DNA of 64,000 bases from Octopus vulgaris (GCA_951406725.2 OX597825.1:21018001-21082000), one strand, 5' to 3'; shown: positions 13,789 through 26,291, counted from the stretch's first letter. The notes: a model not told the origin generated them from the sequence alone. Numbers and translations: made by a program.

Positions 13789-13869
13789 AAAGAAAATATT
13801 GAAACATTTGAAATTCATTATTTTGAACGAGAATTTATTATTTGTGAATGTTTTGTTGTACTTTGTCAG

Positions 13870-13961
13870 GACTATCTCGGTGAAACCCCACTTCATAAAG
13901 CTGCCAGCACCGGTACTTTGGATTGTGTCAGCTTACTGATCTCTTATCAAGCATCACTTGG
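13870..13961 (+). CDS. ANKRD10: ANKRD10-like coding exon (phase 0-2, 92 bp)
   Basis: tttgtcag acceptor, GG|GTAAGT donor; DYLGETPLHKAASTGTLDCVSLLISYQASL(G) is a full ankyrin repeat, in frame with both neighbouring exons. Confidence 0.92.
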
Positions 13962-14156
13962 GTAAGTTAACCATCTTCTTTGATGTAATATATAATAATA
14001 ATTGCTTTGATTTAAAAGCATTTGGGTTTTGTGTGTATATTGTGCTGATTTACTTTATGTGGTGGCCTTCTTTTGGGAGTTTATTTACTATGTGAAAAAT
14101 CTTCAAATTCAATGTTGTAGTGTACAGATACTTGGTATTGCCTTCTGACAGCATGG

Positions 14157-14188
14157 CCTGATGTTTCAACTTTTGTCTCTTCAGATAA
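14157..14188 (-). ncRNA. degenerate minimal hammerhead motif
   Basis: minus strand CTGAAGA-GAC-aaaa-GTT-GAAA-CATC, consistent with CpG-decayed GTCGAAACGTC; stem I poor. Confidence 0.4.
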
Positions 14189-15176
14189 CCCTCACCTTAT
14201 TTCTCTTTGTATTTCGGTATTCATCGCCAGCATAATAATCCTCCTTACTATACACACGGGGCCTGAACTTTTGTGGACTTAAATTCAGAACTTGAAGAAG
14301 TGCTATTAAACATTTTGTCCAATACATTAAGAATTCTGCCAGCTTGCTGCCTTAATAATAATAATGGTTTCAAATTTTGGCACAAGGCCCAGCAATTGCA
14401 CAGGTGAGGTGGGGGGGCTAGTTGATTTCATTGACACCAACACTCAACTGGTTCTTATGTTATCAACCTTGAAAGGATGAAAAGTAGTTGACCTCAGCGG
14501 AATTTGAACATGGAACATAAAAAATAGACAAAACATTGCTAAGCATTTTGCTTGGCATGCTAACAATTCTATCAGACCACCACCAACAACAGCAACAATA
14601 ACAACAACAACAAATAATAGCAATAATAATAACAATAAGGATAATTTTAAAAGAAGTAGTGGCAGATACTGGTGTTATGTTAACTGGTGCCAGTGGCATG
14701 CAAACACACCCTGGTGTCATGCAAATGACACCCGTACCAGTGGCATATAAAAGCACCCACTACACTCTTGGAGTGGTTGGCATTAGGAAGGGCATTCAAT
14801 CATAGAAAACTATGCCGAATCATACAAGTCTGGTGCAGCCTTCTAGTATACCAGCCCAGTCAAACCATTCACCCCATGCCAGTATAGACAACAGACGTTA
14901 AATGATGATGATGGTTGAAGTCATCGTCCTCATCATTGTTATTTTCATTGGTATTATTGTTATTACCATCACCGTTATAATATTTACCATTCTCTATTGA
15001 GATGAACCCTGACTTTCATTCTTCCAAGGTTGCTAAACACAAGTGCTTGTAACAATCCCTGGCCTTGTACCTAATTTGTAAACTATTATCATTATGAAGG
15101 TCAGTGGAATGACAGAGTTGTTAAAGCATCTGACAAAATACATAATAGTATTTAGCTACAGTTCTTTACAGTGTGG

Positions 15177-15480
15177 TGGAGGCACATGGCCTAGTGGTTA
15201 GAGCAGCGGACTCGCAGTTGAGGGATCGCGGGTTCGAATCTCAGACTGGGCGATGTGTGTGTTTATGAGCGAAATACCTAAGCTCCACGTGGCTCCGGCA
15301 GAAGGTAACGGCGAACCTCTGCTGACTCTTTCGCCACGATTTTCTCTCACTCTTTCCTCCTGCATCTTGCAGCTCACCTGTGATGGACCGGCGTCCCGTC
15401 CAGGTGGGGAACCTATACGCCAAGGAAACCGGGAAACTGGTCCTAATGAGCCAGGCATAGCTTGAGAAGGAACAAACAAC
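15177..15480 (+). mobile_element. SINE family A' head + tail W
   Basis: TGGCCTAGTGG A-box and GGTTCGAATC B-box; copies at 16441-16740 and 52988-53290. Confidence 0.85.
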
Positions 15481-16440
15481 CTTACAGTCTGAGTACAGTC
15501 AGTTTTGCCTTTCACCCTTTCGGGGTTGATAAAATGAAATGCTGGTCAAGTATTGGGCTCAGTGGTATTGACAAACTCCTTTTCTTGTGTGGTTAAGAAG
15601 TTTCCTTCCCAACTATGTGGTTTGGGGTTCAGTCCTACTGTGTGGCAGCTTGGGGAATGTATTCTACTCTAGCCCTGGGCCAGTGAAAGCCTTGTTAATG
15701 CATTTCATAGGGAGAAACTAAAAGAATCCCATTATGTGTGTGTCATCATCATCATCATCATTGTCGTTGTATAACATCTGCTTTCCATGCTGGCATGGGT
15801 TGGACAGTTTGACCGAGTACTGGCAAGCCAGTAGGTTGCACCAGGCTCCAGTCTGATCTGGCAAAGTTTCTACAGCTGGATGCCCTTCCTAATGCCAACT
15901 ACTCTGAGAGTGTAGTGGGTGCTTTTTCTGTGCCACCGGCATGGGAACTAGTCAAGGTGCACTGGCATTGATCACGTTTGGATGGTGCTTTTTACATACC
16001 ACCAGCGTTGGAGCCAGGCATCGACCATATTCAGATGGCGCTCTTTACATGCCACTGCCACAGGAGTCAGTCAGGCAGCACTGACATTGAATTAGAAGCA
16101 GTACTAATACTGTAAACATCACCACTGTCGCATACTTAACATCTGTGTTTTGTTCATGTGTGTATTACCTGCTGGATTGACCTCAGACAAGCAATTCCAG
16201 TTTATTATGCCCTGCATCCCTCTTTAGCTGAACGTTCCTAACCTTGTGGATTCGTGGGTGCTGGTGCAACATAAAAAGTACCTTGGGTCAGTGCCACATA
16301 AAAGCACTTGTGCCAATGCTGTATAAAAGTACCCAGTTGGTGTTAGGAATGGCATCCAGTTATAGAAACCATGCCGACACAGACCTGGATCCCATGCAGC
16401 TCTTCAGCTTGCCATTTCTTGTCAAACCATCCAACATATG

Positions 16441-16740
16441 TGGAGGCACATGGCCTAATGGTTAGAGCAGCGGACTTGCAGTTGAGGGATCGCGGGTTCG
16501 AATCTCAGACCAGGCGATGTGTGTGTTTATGAGCGAAAACACCTAAGCTCCACGCGGCTCCGGCAGAAGGTAATGGCAAAACTTTTGCTGACTCTTTCGC
16601 CACAACTTTCTTTCACTCTTTCCTCCTGCATGTTGCAGCCCATCTGCGACAAACTGGCGTCCCGTCCATGTGGGGAACCTATACGCCAAGAAACCAGGAA
16701 ACCGGCCCTTATGAGCCAGGCATGGCTCGAGAAAGAACAT
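16441..16740 (+). mobile_element. SINE family A' head + tail W
   Basis: homologous to 15177-15480. Confidence 0.85.
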
Positions 16741-16934
16741 CCAACATATGTGCCAATGTGGAAAATGGAACTTAAATGATGATAATCTGACTTGGAGATA
16801 CAATGTCGATAAGTGAAATATCAATATCCATTGTTGTCTCACCTGGTTTTGAGGTATTAAGTGATTTTTTTTTTTTTTTTTAGCATTCAATGTCTTGAAA
16901 CATTTTCCCTGATGCAATTCTGCAGCTAATAAGT

Positions 16935-17380
16935 AGAGGTTTGTGGCTTAGTGGTCAAGGTGTCAGCATCACGATCGTAAGATTGTGGTTTTGATTCCTG
17001 GACCGGGCGACGTGTTGTGTTCTTGAGCAAAACACTTCATTTCACGTTGCTCCAGTCCACTCAGCTGGCAAAAATGAGTAACGCTGCGATGGACTGGCGT
17101 CCCATCCAGCTGGGGAACACATGCACCATAGAAACCGGGAAACAAGGTGGAGAGCTGGCAGAATTGTTAGCAACACTGGTCGAAATGCTTAGCGGTATTT
17201 CGTCTGCCGTTACATTCTGAGTTCAAATTCCCCCGAGGTCGACTTTGCCTTTCATCCTTTCGGGGTCGATAAATTAAGTACCAGTTAAACACTGGGGTCG
17301 ATGTAATTGACTTAATCCCTTTGTCTGTCCTTGTTTGTCCCCCACTATGTTTAGCCCCCTTGTGGGCAATAAAGAAATTA
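16935..17380 (+). mobile_element. SINE family B immediately followed by SINE family E
   Basis: B copy to ~17143; E copy from ~17146. Confidence 0.75.
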
Positions 17381-18425
17381 AAAAAAAAAAGAAATAAGTG
17401 CATAGACAAAACATACACTCAGTCTGGGGTGTTGGTAGCATTTACATCATCAGGGTAGCTTGTAATTTAAAATTTGATTCTCTTTTAATTGTGCAGCGCT
17501 GTTGCACATCACCCTATTTGCATATATACCTCAGACATCTGCAATTCCAATTCAGTTCAAGGTGACTTGGGTATACGATATTGAAGAGCTGAAATAACGG
17601 CCCTTTGCTCTTGTTCTTCACCTCCACAGTGAGTTGTCTTTCTTGATTTAAGATATTCAGTACTTATTTTTGTTTTAACACTCAGTGTCTGAAAGAGACT
17701 TCCCCCCCACCCCACCCTTCCAGTGTCTCCTTGTTTTGACATCACATGATTGTTATAAATGAACGTTCTTCATTTCCAGTATTCTGTGAAAACATTTGTC
17801 TGACCATGGAGGAAAATATTACAAATATTACCTTGTTTTGCAAACATGTAAAGGTTGGTAACAGGAAGTTCTAGAGAAGATCTGTCCTGATAAACTCTGT
17901 GAAACCCGTTACAAGCATGAAAAAGGGGACACAAAAAGGATGTGCCTAGATTCGAAGCAATTATTATATTATGAGTAACTTTAATCCTTTGTTAATTTCT
18001 TGAGAAACCGAATCCATAACTGGCTTTTAATTCCCAGATTGAACTCCTTTTCCTCTTCAAGCAGTGCTGGATTGACCATTCAACTGCAAACAACCATTTA
18101 CCATTTCTGTGGTGCCCCATTTCACCCGATGCTCTAAGCACGAGCTTATTTTGCTCAATGGTTAATCCAGTGCTTTTTGAGGAGAAAAAGTAGTTTAACC
18201 TAGTTTTAATTTTTTTGTTAATGCTTCACTTGTAATATGCTAATGTCTTGATAAAATAACGTGACTCATAATTTCAAGTTTTTCCTCTCAAACAGTCCAC
18301 CGTTTGGTTTGTGGTGTTCACTTTACGTCACAAACTTTTCCACAGGCAATAAGATAGCCTCTGTATCAATGTTTCTCATTAATTGAAGGCTGTGGGCATT
18401 GAAATGGGGGCAAAGAAATTGCCAT

Positions 18426-18626
18426 ACTCTTTTACTTGTTTCAGTCATTTGACTGCGGCCATGCTGGAGCACTGCCTTTAATCGAGCAACTCAGTACTTA
18501 TTCTATCTATTCTGTAAGCCCAGTACTTATTCTATCGGTCTCTTTTGCCGAACCGCTAAGTAACGGGGACATAAATACACCAGCATCGGTTGTCAAGCAA
18601 TGCTAAGGGGACAAACACACACATGC

Positions 18627-18659
<33 letters not shown>

Positions 18660-18822
18660 TGCAACGGGCTTCTTTCAGTTTCCGTCTACCAAATACACTC
18701 ACAAAGCTTTGGTCGGCCCAAGGCTATAGTAGAAGACACTTGCCCAAGGTGCCACGCAGTGGGACTGAACCCGGAACCATGTGGTTGGTAAACAAGCTAC
18801 TTACCACACAGCCACTCCTGCA
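18426..18822 (-). mobile_element. SINE family D
   Basis: full head, microsatellite and tail. Confidence 0.85.
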
Positions 18823-18973
18823 CCATGTTTAATAAAAAGATTTAATTATAAATGCTGTAGTATTTAGGAATGGTCATGTTGCCAGTTTAGCCAATAAAAA
18901 CACACGGACTATATACTTGGTGTTAATTTACTTCAGCTTTATTTACTTTTTGCATTAATCTTAATCTTATTTC

Positions 18974-19018
18974 GGCCAGAGCTCTTTCGTCACATTCCTG
19001 TGACCTCATCAGTGGTCC
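18974..19018 (-). ncRNA. minimal type-I hammerhead ribozyme motif
   Basis: minus strand GGACCA-CTGATGA-G-GTCACA-ggaa-TGTGAC-GAAA-GAGCTC-TGGCC. Confidence 0.7.
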
Positions 19019-19039
19019 TTTGCTTTCTTCTTTCTTATT

Positions 19040-19455
19040 TACTCTCTCTTTTACTTGTTTCAGTCATGTGACTGCGGCCATGCTGGAGCACCGCCTTTAG
19101 TCGAGCAAATCGACCCCGGGACTTATTCGTTGCAAGCCCAGTACTTATTCTATTGGTCTCTTTTGCCGAACCACTAAGTGATGGGGACGTAAACACACCA
19201 GCATCGGTTGTCAAGCAATGCTAGGGGGACAAACACAGACACACAAACACACACACATACATACATATATATATATATATACACATATATACGACAGGCT
19301 TCTTTCAGTTTCCGTCTACCAAATCCACTCACAAGGCATTGGTCGGCCTGGGGCTATAGCAGAAGACACTTGCCCAAGATGGCACGCAGTGGGACTGAAC
19401 CCGGAACCATGTGGTTGGGAAGCAAGCTACTTACCACACAGCCACTCCTGCGCCT
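19040..19455 (-). mobile_element. SINE family D
   Basis: full-length copy nested in the Penelope-like remnant. Confidence 0.88.
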
Positions 19456-20159
19456 ATTTGTGTGTCTCTCCTTACTAAACTGGCAACATGACCATTCCTA
19501 AATACAACAAAATCTGTTTCAACACACAATTTCACATCAAGAATCTTGCAAAACAAATATATAAACGTAATTTAATTATAAAGTTTTTACACTCGTCTAA
19601 TGCCGTGACCAATATCGACGTATTATACGGACACAAGCTTTATTTTAATAAAAGATAGGAAGGTTTTAGGTTTTAGCACACGGCCAGTAATTTCAGGGGA
19701 GAGTGTAAATCAACTACATCAACCCCAGTGCTCAACTGATACTTAATTTATCGACCATGAGAGGGCGAAAAGCAAAGTCAACCTCAGTGGAATTGGAACT
19801 CAGCGTAAAGGTGGATGAAACGCTGCCAAGAGTGCTAATAATTCTGCCAGCTCATTTCATTTGAAACTAATAAAAGGTTGGAAGGAATAAAAAATTCTTT
19901 TTTAGGTGTGGGTGAGATAGAACCCAGTTTTTGTCAGTTTGAGAATTTCAACACTACATGGTTGTTTGGCCTTATAGAAATAGCAGCCAAATAATCTTCA
20001 AATCATATCCTATCATTTTTTTTTTCAAAAACAAAGGACACATTGCATAATCAAATACTGTCTACACAGTATCTGAATAAAAAACAGGCTTTGTTATTGA
20101 TGGAGATTGGGTTGTCTCTAACCAAAATGCCTGCTGGAACAGGGCTGATGTTGGGGTTA

Positions 20160-20466
20160 AAAAACGCCGTTCGAGCGTGATCATTACCAGCATCACCTTA
20201 CTGGCACCTGCGCCAGTGGCATGTGTAAAAGATTCGAGCGAGGTCATTGCCAGTGCCACCTGACTGGCCTCGTGCCGGTGGCACGTTAAAGCACCCACTA
20301 CACTCTCGGAGTGGTTGGCATTAGGAAGGGCATCCAGCTGTAAAAGCTCTGCCAGATCAAGATTGAAGCCCAGTGCAGCCATCTGGTTCGCCGGCCCTCA
20401 GTCAAAATCGTCCAACCCATGCTAGCATGGAAAGCGGACGTTAAACGATGATGATGATGATGATGA
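20160..20466 (+). mobile_element. retroposon family F
   Basis: ends GGACGTTAAAC(GAT)n. Confidence 0.8.
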
Positions 20467-20619
20467 AGTGTGTTATCTTCCCTGCAGTCTTGATACCACT
20501 TTTTCTTCTATCAGCATCAATGAACACTTTTCCTTCGAATTCTTTCCTCTTTCTCTTTGCTCCAATCATCTCCTCTATCTCTTCTTCATTTTGGAATTCC
20601 TGTTGTTGGGTTTTAACTT

Positions 20620-20838
20620 AGATATTTCTTCACTACCCACAAGGGGATAAACAAGGACAGACAAATGGATTAAGTCGATTACATCGACCTCAGTGCGTAA
20701 CTGGTACTTAATTTATCGACCCCGAAAGGATGAAAGGCAAAGTCGACCTCGGCGGAATTTGAACTCAGAACATAACAGCAGACGAAATACGGCTACGCAT
20801 TTCGCCCGGCGTGCTAACGTTTCTGCCAGCTCGCCGCC
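20620..20838 (-). mobile_element. SINE family E
   Basis: reverse complement begins GGCGGCGAGCTGGCAGAAACGTTAGCAC. Confidence 0.8.
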
Positions 20839-21119
20839 TTGTTGGGTTTTAACTTATAGTTGCACATACACACACACATATACAGATGTTTGGGTATCTA
20901 ATCACTGCTGTTGACAAGAAACCTTCACAACTTTCTCACCCTTTTTGTTCCCAGTCTACCCCCCACATCTTTCCTCTTCAGCATCTCTATTTTGTTGTTC
21001 TCCTCCTCCATCATCTCGCCCAATTGCCCCATGTATAGCACTTGCATTTCTTTTTGTGTGCATAATATAATAAGGACCCCCCCCCGTGTCTAGGACCTTG
21101 TCTTGCCACATGATTTTCA

Positions 21120-21487
21120 TACCAACCACATGGTTCCGGGTTCAGTCCCACCGCATGGCATCTTGGGCAAGTGTCTTCTGCTATAGCCTCGGGCCAACCA
21201 AAGCCTTGTGAGTGGATTTGGTAGACGGAAACTGAAAGAAGCCTGTCGTATATATATATATATGTATGTGCGTGTATATGTTTGTGTGTCTGTGTTTGTC
21301 CCCTCTAGCATTGCTTGACAGCCGATGCTGGTGTGTTTACTTAGCGGTTCGGCAAAAGAGAGCGATAGAATAAGTACTGGGCTTACAAAGAATAAGTCCC
21401 GGGGTCGATTTGCTCGACTAAAGGCAGTGCTCCAGCCTGGCCGCAGTCAAATGACTGAAACAAGCAAAAGAGTAAAAGAGTAAAGAG
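21120..21487 (+). mobile_element. SINE family D (5'-truncated)
   Basis: body and (AAAAGAGT)n tail. Confidence 0.85.
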
Positions 21488-21925
21488 AGCTTTCTCAGGC
21501 AGTTAAAAACAAACAACAACAAAAAAAAGCTAGTGTCGTTGGTTGTGCTTTCTACTGTTACTACTCCTTTATTATTATCTCTGACCCTATTATCTCCCTC
21601 ACTTGATTATCATAATTTATGCACAGACACATGTTGATGTACATCTGTGAATGCATATTCTAAATCCGTTGTTGGCCTATCATCTTTTTTTCTTTTCACA
21701 CACAGTAATCTCCCCTTTCATGTAAATTTTACTTACATTCCCTTGACTTCATTTCGCTGCCTTCCAACACACTTCTTCATCATTTTAAAGGTTCCCTTAC
21801 TCAACTCAGTAGTAAAGTTTAGTAATGCACAACATGTAAAAAGCTACAGAGGTCGTGTAGTTTACTTGAAATACGTATGCAAAGGACAGGTGTTGAAGAA
21901 AGATCTATATTCAAAATTTTGTCTT

Positions 21926-22335
21926 TACTCTCTCTTTTACTTTTTTACTTGTTTCAGTCATTTGACTGCGGCCATGCTGGAGCACCGCCTTTAATCGAGC
22001 AACTCGACCCTGGGACTTATTCTTTTGTAAGCCCAGTACTTATTCTGTCGGTCTCTTTTGCCGAACCGCTAAGTAACGGGGACTTAAACACAACAGCATC
22101 GGTTGTCAAGCAATGCTAGGGGGACAAACACAGACACACAAACACACACACATATATATATACATACAAACGATGGGCTTCTTTCAGTTTCTGTCTACCA
22201 AATCCACTCACAAGGCTTTGGTTGGCCCGAGGCTATAGTAGAAGATACTTGCCCAAGGTGCCACGCAGTGGGACAGAACCCGGAACCATGTGGTTGGGAA
22301 GCAAGCTACTTACCACACAGCCACTCCTGCGCCTA
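21926..22335 (-). mobile_element. SINE family D
   Basis: full-length copy. Confidence 0.88.
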
Positions 22336-22583
22336 TAATTAATCTTTATTTCAAAAATACAGCAACCCCACCCCCACCAAATTTTTAATTAAGTGTTGGT
22401 ACTAGAAACTATTTCAGCTGCAAACATTTAGCAACTTTTTATACTATTGTTCCTTTCAACACAGCTGTGATGTCAGATATTAAAGAATTTCGGATTTGTT
22501 ACTGACCCACTTCCTGGCACAAATTGTTTATCCATTTGTTCAATATCCGTTTTTCCATTCTAGCATGGGTTTAGAGAAGAGTT

Positions 22584-22912
22584 GGAGGCGCAATGGCCCA
22601 GTGGTTAGGGCAGCGGACTCGCAGTCATAGGTTCGCGGTTTCGATTCCCAGCAGGGGATGGTGGTGATCCCTGCTGTACTCTTTCACCACAACTTTCTCT
22701 CACTCTTACTTCCTGTTTCTGATGTACCTGTATTTCAAAGGGCCGGCCTTGTCACTCTCTGTGTCACGCTGAATATCCCCGAGAACTACGTTAAGGGTAC
22801 ACGTGTCTGTGGAGTGCTCAGCCACTTACACGTTAATTTCACGAGCAGGCTGTTTTGTTGATTTGGATCAACCGGAACCCTCGTCGTCGTAACCGACGGA
22901 GTGCTTCCATCC
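22584..22912 (+). mobile_element. SINE family A + tail X, internally deleted
   Basis: 11-bp TSD AGAGAAGAGTT at 22573-22583 and 22913-22923. Confidence 0.88.
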
Positions 22913-23142
22913 AGAGAAGAGTTATTTGCAGCAGGGTTTGATAGCCAGATGCTCTTTCTGTTGCCAACCTCCCTAAACCAGTGCTACCCAAGGTGGTGCC
23001 AGTCCGTGAGCCATCAGCTGCTGGTACTTGACGAGTTGCCAAAAAAGAAAGAAGCATTATAAAACGCTTGTGTAATATTATTTGTTTACAAAATAAATGT
23101 ACGATAAAAAAAATGACAACTTTTATTATATTCATTATTATA

Positions 23143-23908
23143 GGCATAGGAGTGGCTGTGTGGTAAGTAGCTTGCTTACGAACCACACGGTTCTGGGTTC
23201 AGTGCCACTGCATAGCACCTTGGGCAAGTGTCTTCTACTATAGCCTCGGGCCGTTCAAAGCCTTGTGAGTGTATATGTATATATATATATGTGTTTGTGT
23301 TTGTCCCCCTCCAACATTGCTTGACAACTGATGCTGGTGTGTTTACGTCCCCGTAACTTAGTGGTTTGGCAAAAGAGACCGATAGAATAAGTACTAGGCT
23401 TACAAAGAATAAGCTCTAGGGTCAATTTGCTTGACTAAAGGTGGTGCTCCAGCATGGCCACAGTCAAATGACTGAAACAGGTAAAAGAATACACACACAC
23501 ATGTATTTTATTCTTTTGTTTCACTCGACTGCGACCATGCTGGAGTACTACCTTGACGTTTTAGTCAAATGAATCGGCCCTAGTATTTTTTTTAGCCTGC
23601 TACTTATTCTATCGGTCCCTTTTGCCAAACCGCTAAGTTATGAGGATGCAAACACGCCTTCACCGGTTGTCAAGCAGTGGTGGTAGTGGGGGTGGGGGAC
23701 AAATACAGACACAAAGAAACACACACATAGATATTCACACACACACACGCATCTATATGATGGGCTTCTTTCAGTTACCTAATCCACTTACAAGGCTTTG
23801 GTTGGCCTGAGGCTATACTGGAAGACACTTGGCCAAGGTGCCACAGAGTGGAACTGAACCTGGAACCAAGTGGTTGGAAAGCAAGCTTCTTACCACAGCC
23901 ATGCCTTT
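23143..23908. mobile_element. two family D SINEs, tail to tail
   Basis: + copy ~23143-23489; - copy ~23506-23908. Confidence 0.8.
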
Positions 23909-24053
23909 GCTTTTATATATATTAAAAAATTTTTTTAATAATATGTATACATATATATATACACACACACGCACACACATTATTAAGGAAAAAAACATTT
24001 TAATGATTTTATCAAGTGGCCAGTGTGTATCTGTTCTGTATGTGTGTGTAAGT

Positions 24054-24506
24054 GTATCTATCTATCTATCCACTCAGTCGAAGTCGACTCTCGGTTACTC
24101 GATGGATCAGTGTCCTCCAGCCAGTTCTATCCTGGACCGCCTCTTTCAGATTGGCTATGTCCATTCCCGTATCACTCTTGATGGTGTTAAGCCAGCGGGT
24201 TCTTGGTCGGCCTCTTCCTCTCTTGCCACTGACCATTCCGAGCATGATGTCCTTCTCCAGGGATTTTCTCTGCATAATCTGACCAAAATATGTCAATCTC
24301 TGCTTGGTGATCCTAGCTTCTAGCGACAGTTTCGGCCTGACCTGGTTAATAACTTCTCCATTGGTGAGCCTTGCTGTCCATGGAATCCGTGAAAGTCTTC
24401 TCCAACACCAAAGCTTGAATGCATTTATTCTCCTCTGGTCAGCTTTCTTTAGTGTCCAGGTCTCGCATCCATATGTTGCTATTGGGAAGACAATTGCATT
24501 CACCAA
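24054..24506 (-). mobile_element. 5'-truncated RTE (BovB-like) LINE 3' end
   Basis: YGCETWTLKKADQRRINAF.LWCWRRL.RIPWTAR...GRPRTRWL...DRTGWRTLIHRVTESRLRLSG*; (ATAG)n tail. Confidence 0.92.
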
Positions 24507-24523
24507 TCTGTATATATATATAT

Positions 24524-24860
24524 ATACACAAATATAAGAGAGAATCCACTATGTAGACGCTCTTGCGCTAAAAATAGATCCGCAATGGTCTCAACCATGT
24601 ATCTACATTTTTGTTATTTTTCATTTATTCTGCTCACTTACGTTCATAGTTGTACTAATTTTTCTTGAGAACAATTCTTGGTAGTTGAGACCATTGCGGA
24701 TCTATTTTTAGCGCAAGAGCGTCCACATAGTGGATTCTCTCTTATATTTGTGTATTAATATTTACTGAATCTCAGTTTTTATGCGCTAAACCACTTGGTG
24801 TTAAATTAGCGTTATTAAATTAATATCCAATTTTTTCACCCTTATTTTTCCGGTGAAGGA
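24524..24860 (+). mobile_element. Penelope-like element segment with a 5' inversion
   Basis: 72-bp inverted arms 24524-24595 / 24684-24755; 24600-24860 is homologous to the reverse complement of 63640-63905. Confidence 0.6.
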
Positions 24861-24894
24861 AAAATTTATAAAAAGAATTTTTTTTCTCTGCGAA

Positions 24895-25260
24895 CAGATC
24901 TGATTTTGATTAGTCAAAAAATTGATGACGTTTTACCTCAGTAGTCAAGCTTGTCGCCATGCTTGATTTGTTTCCCTACAAGATACAGTTATGGATCAGG
25001 TCTAATTCTGATTCGTTAAAAAATTGATGACGTTTTTCTTCCGTGGTCAAACTAACCAGGATACAATTATGGGTCAGATCTGACTTCGATTCGCTAAAAA
25101 ATTGATGACGTTTTTCTTCCGTGGTCAAACTAGCCACCTAACAGGATACAATTATGGGTCAGATCTAATTTTGATTCGCTAAAAAATTGATGACGTTTTT
25201 CTTCTGTGGTCAAACTTGTCGTTCTGCTTGGCTGGTTTCCTAAACAGGATACAGTTGGGG
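24895..25260. repeat. degenerate tandem repeat, 4 units of ~80-110 bp
   Basis: recurring AAAAATTGATGACGTTTT...GTCAA and GATACA(A/G)TT blocks. Confidence 0.85.
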
Positions 25261-25683
25261 GTCTTTTCCTTATAATCGTTGAAGCTTGGCTTTGATTGGT
25301 TTGGAATTATATGACGTCAGTGAACAGTGCCAGAGACCACAGCTATTACTGACTTAACTGATATAAACCCAACAATCACAAGTTGACCAAAATTACGACA
25401 ACCAAGAATCACTACTGTTGCCCCCATCGGAACACAAGGTAAAATCTATAATGAACTCCTGCACTACACTTGACAAAACAGTGGGGAACGACTTACACCT
25501 TATAATATATTTTTTGCCTTTTCAAGAACATGGATTCTATTGAATGTATATAGCATGGACTCTATTGAATGTATGTAACAATTATGAACTGTTCCATTAT
25601 ACTTTTTATGTATATAGCATGGACTCTATTGAATGTATGAAACAATTATGAACTATTCCATTATACTCTTTATTATAAAAAAA

Positions 25684-25730
25684 TTCTTTTTGATAAGGTT
25701 CGTTATTTCAAGAACCGAAACATGTAAAAA
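25684..25730 (+). ncRNA. minimal type-I hammerhead motif, U3-A8 core
   Basis: TTGATAA-GGTTC-gttatttcaa-GAACC-GAA-ACATGT-A (palindromic stem III, GUA site); stem I weak and AU-rich. Confidence 0.6.
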
Positions 25731-26291
25731 TTAAAATTTATCTAATATAGTGGCATTTTCAAACTTCTTTTTTTACAAATATATACCCACTCGTATACGA
25801 TCTAATCTTATTATAAATATATATATATATATATTTGTGTGTGTCTGTATGTGTGTATATACCCACACCCTCACATAACAATCCATTTTAAAAAGAAACT
25901 CTGAAAAACTACAAGGTACTGTATGTAGTTGTCGATGCTCCAAATTACAGGACGCTCATGTCTGGAGCACCATTGCTCTTAGGTCTGCTTGGTTTGGGCT
26001 GGTCTAGTGTTAAATAGCATCAACACGACCACCAGTCCCTTGGGTATTTTAGTAGACTTCAATCTGTAACAAGCATTTGGAGCAAACCTCTGTTTTCCTT
26101 TTTCAAAAACTGATAAAATTTGAGGGAGATTTGACTGCTGTTTCTACTTGTTTGAGTGACCACATAGAGGTACAATGATGGAATGAATCCCTTCCCCATT
26201 TTTTAAACAGTAGAGAGTTTTAGATGCTTTTGTTTTTTTTCGTGTGTGAATTCAACTTAAAATGTTTCCTGGTGTCTCTCTTCTCTTCCAG

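Larger units (their letters stand above)
18860..19658. mobile_element. Penelope-like inverted-repeat remnant interrupted by a SINE
   Basis: 31-bp perfect inverted repeat 18860-18890 / 19475-19505; hammerhead at 18974-19018; short ORF MTIPKYNKICFNTQFHIKNLAKQ... at 19488-19658. Confidence 0.6.

Noticed and set aside
23438-23462. GTGG/CCAC versus GCGG/CCGC as covariation in the SINE D tail
   Set aside because: Both changes are explained by independent CpG deamination, so they are not evidence of structural selection.
24895-25260. Repeats with TGATGA/CTGA as a C/D snoRNA cluster or CRISPR array
   Set aside because: Units are similar along their whole length with no unique spacers; box C context is not RUGAUGA; no cas genes; eukaryotic DNA.
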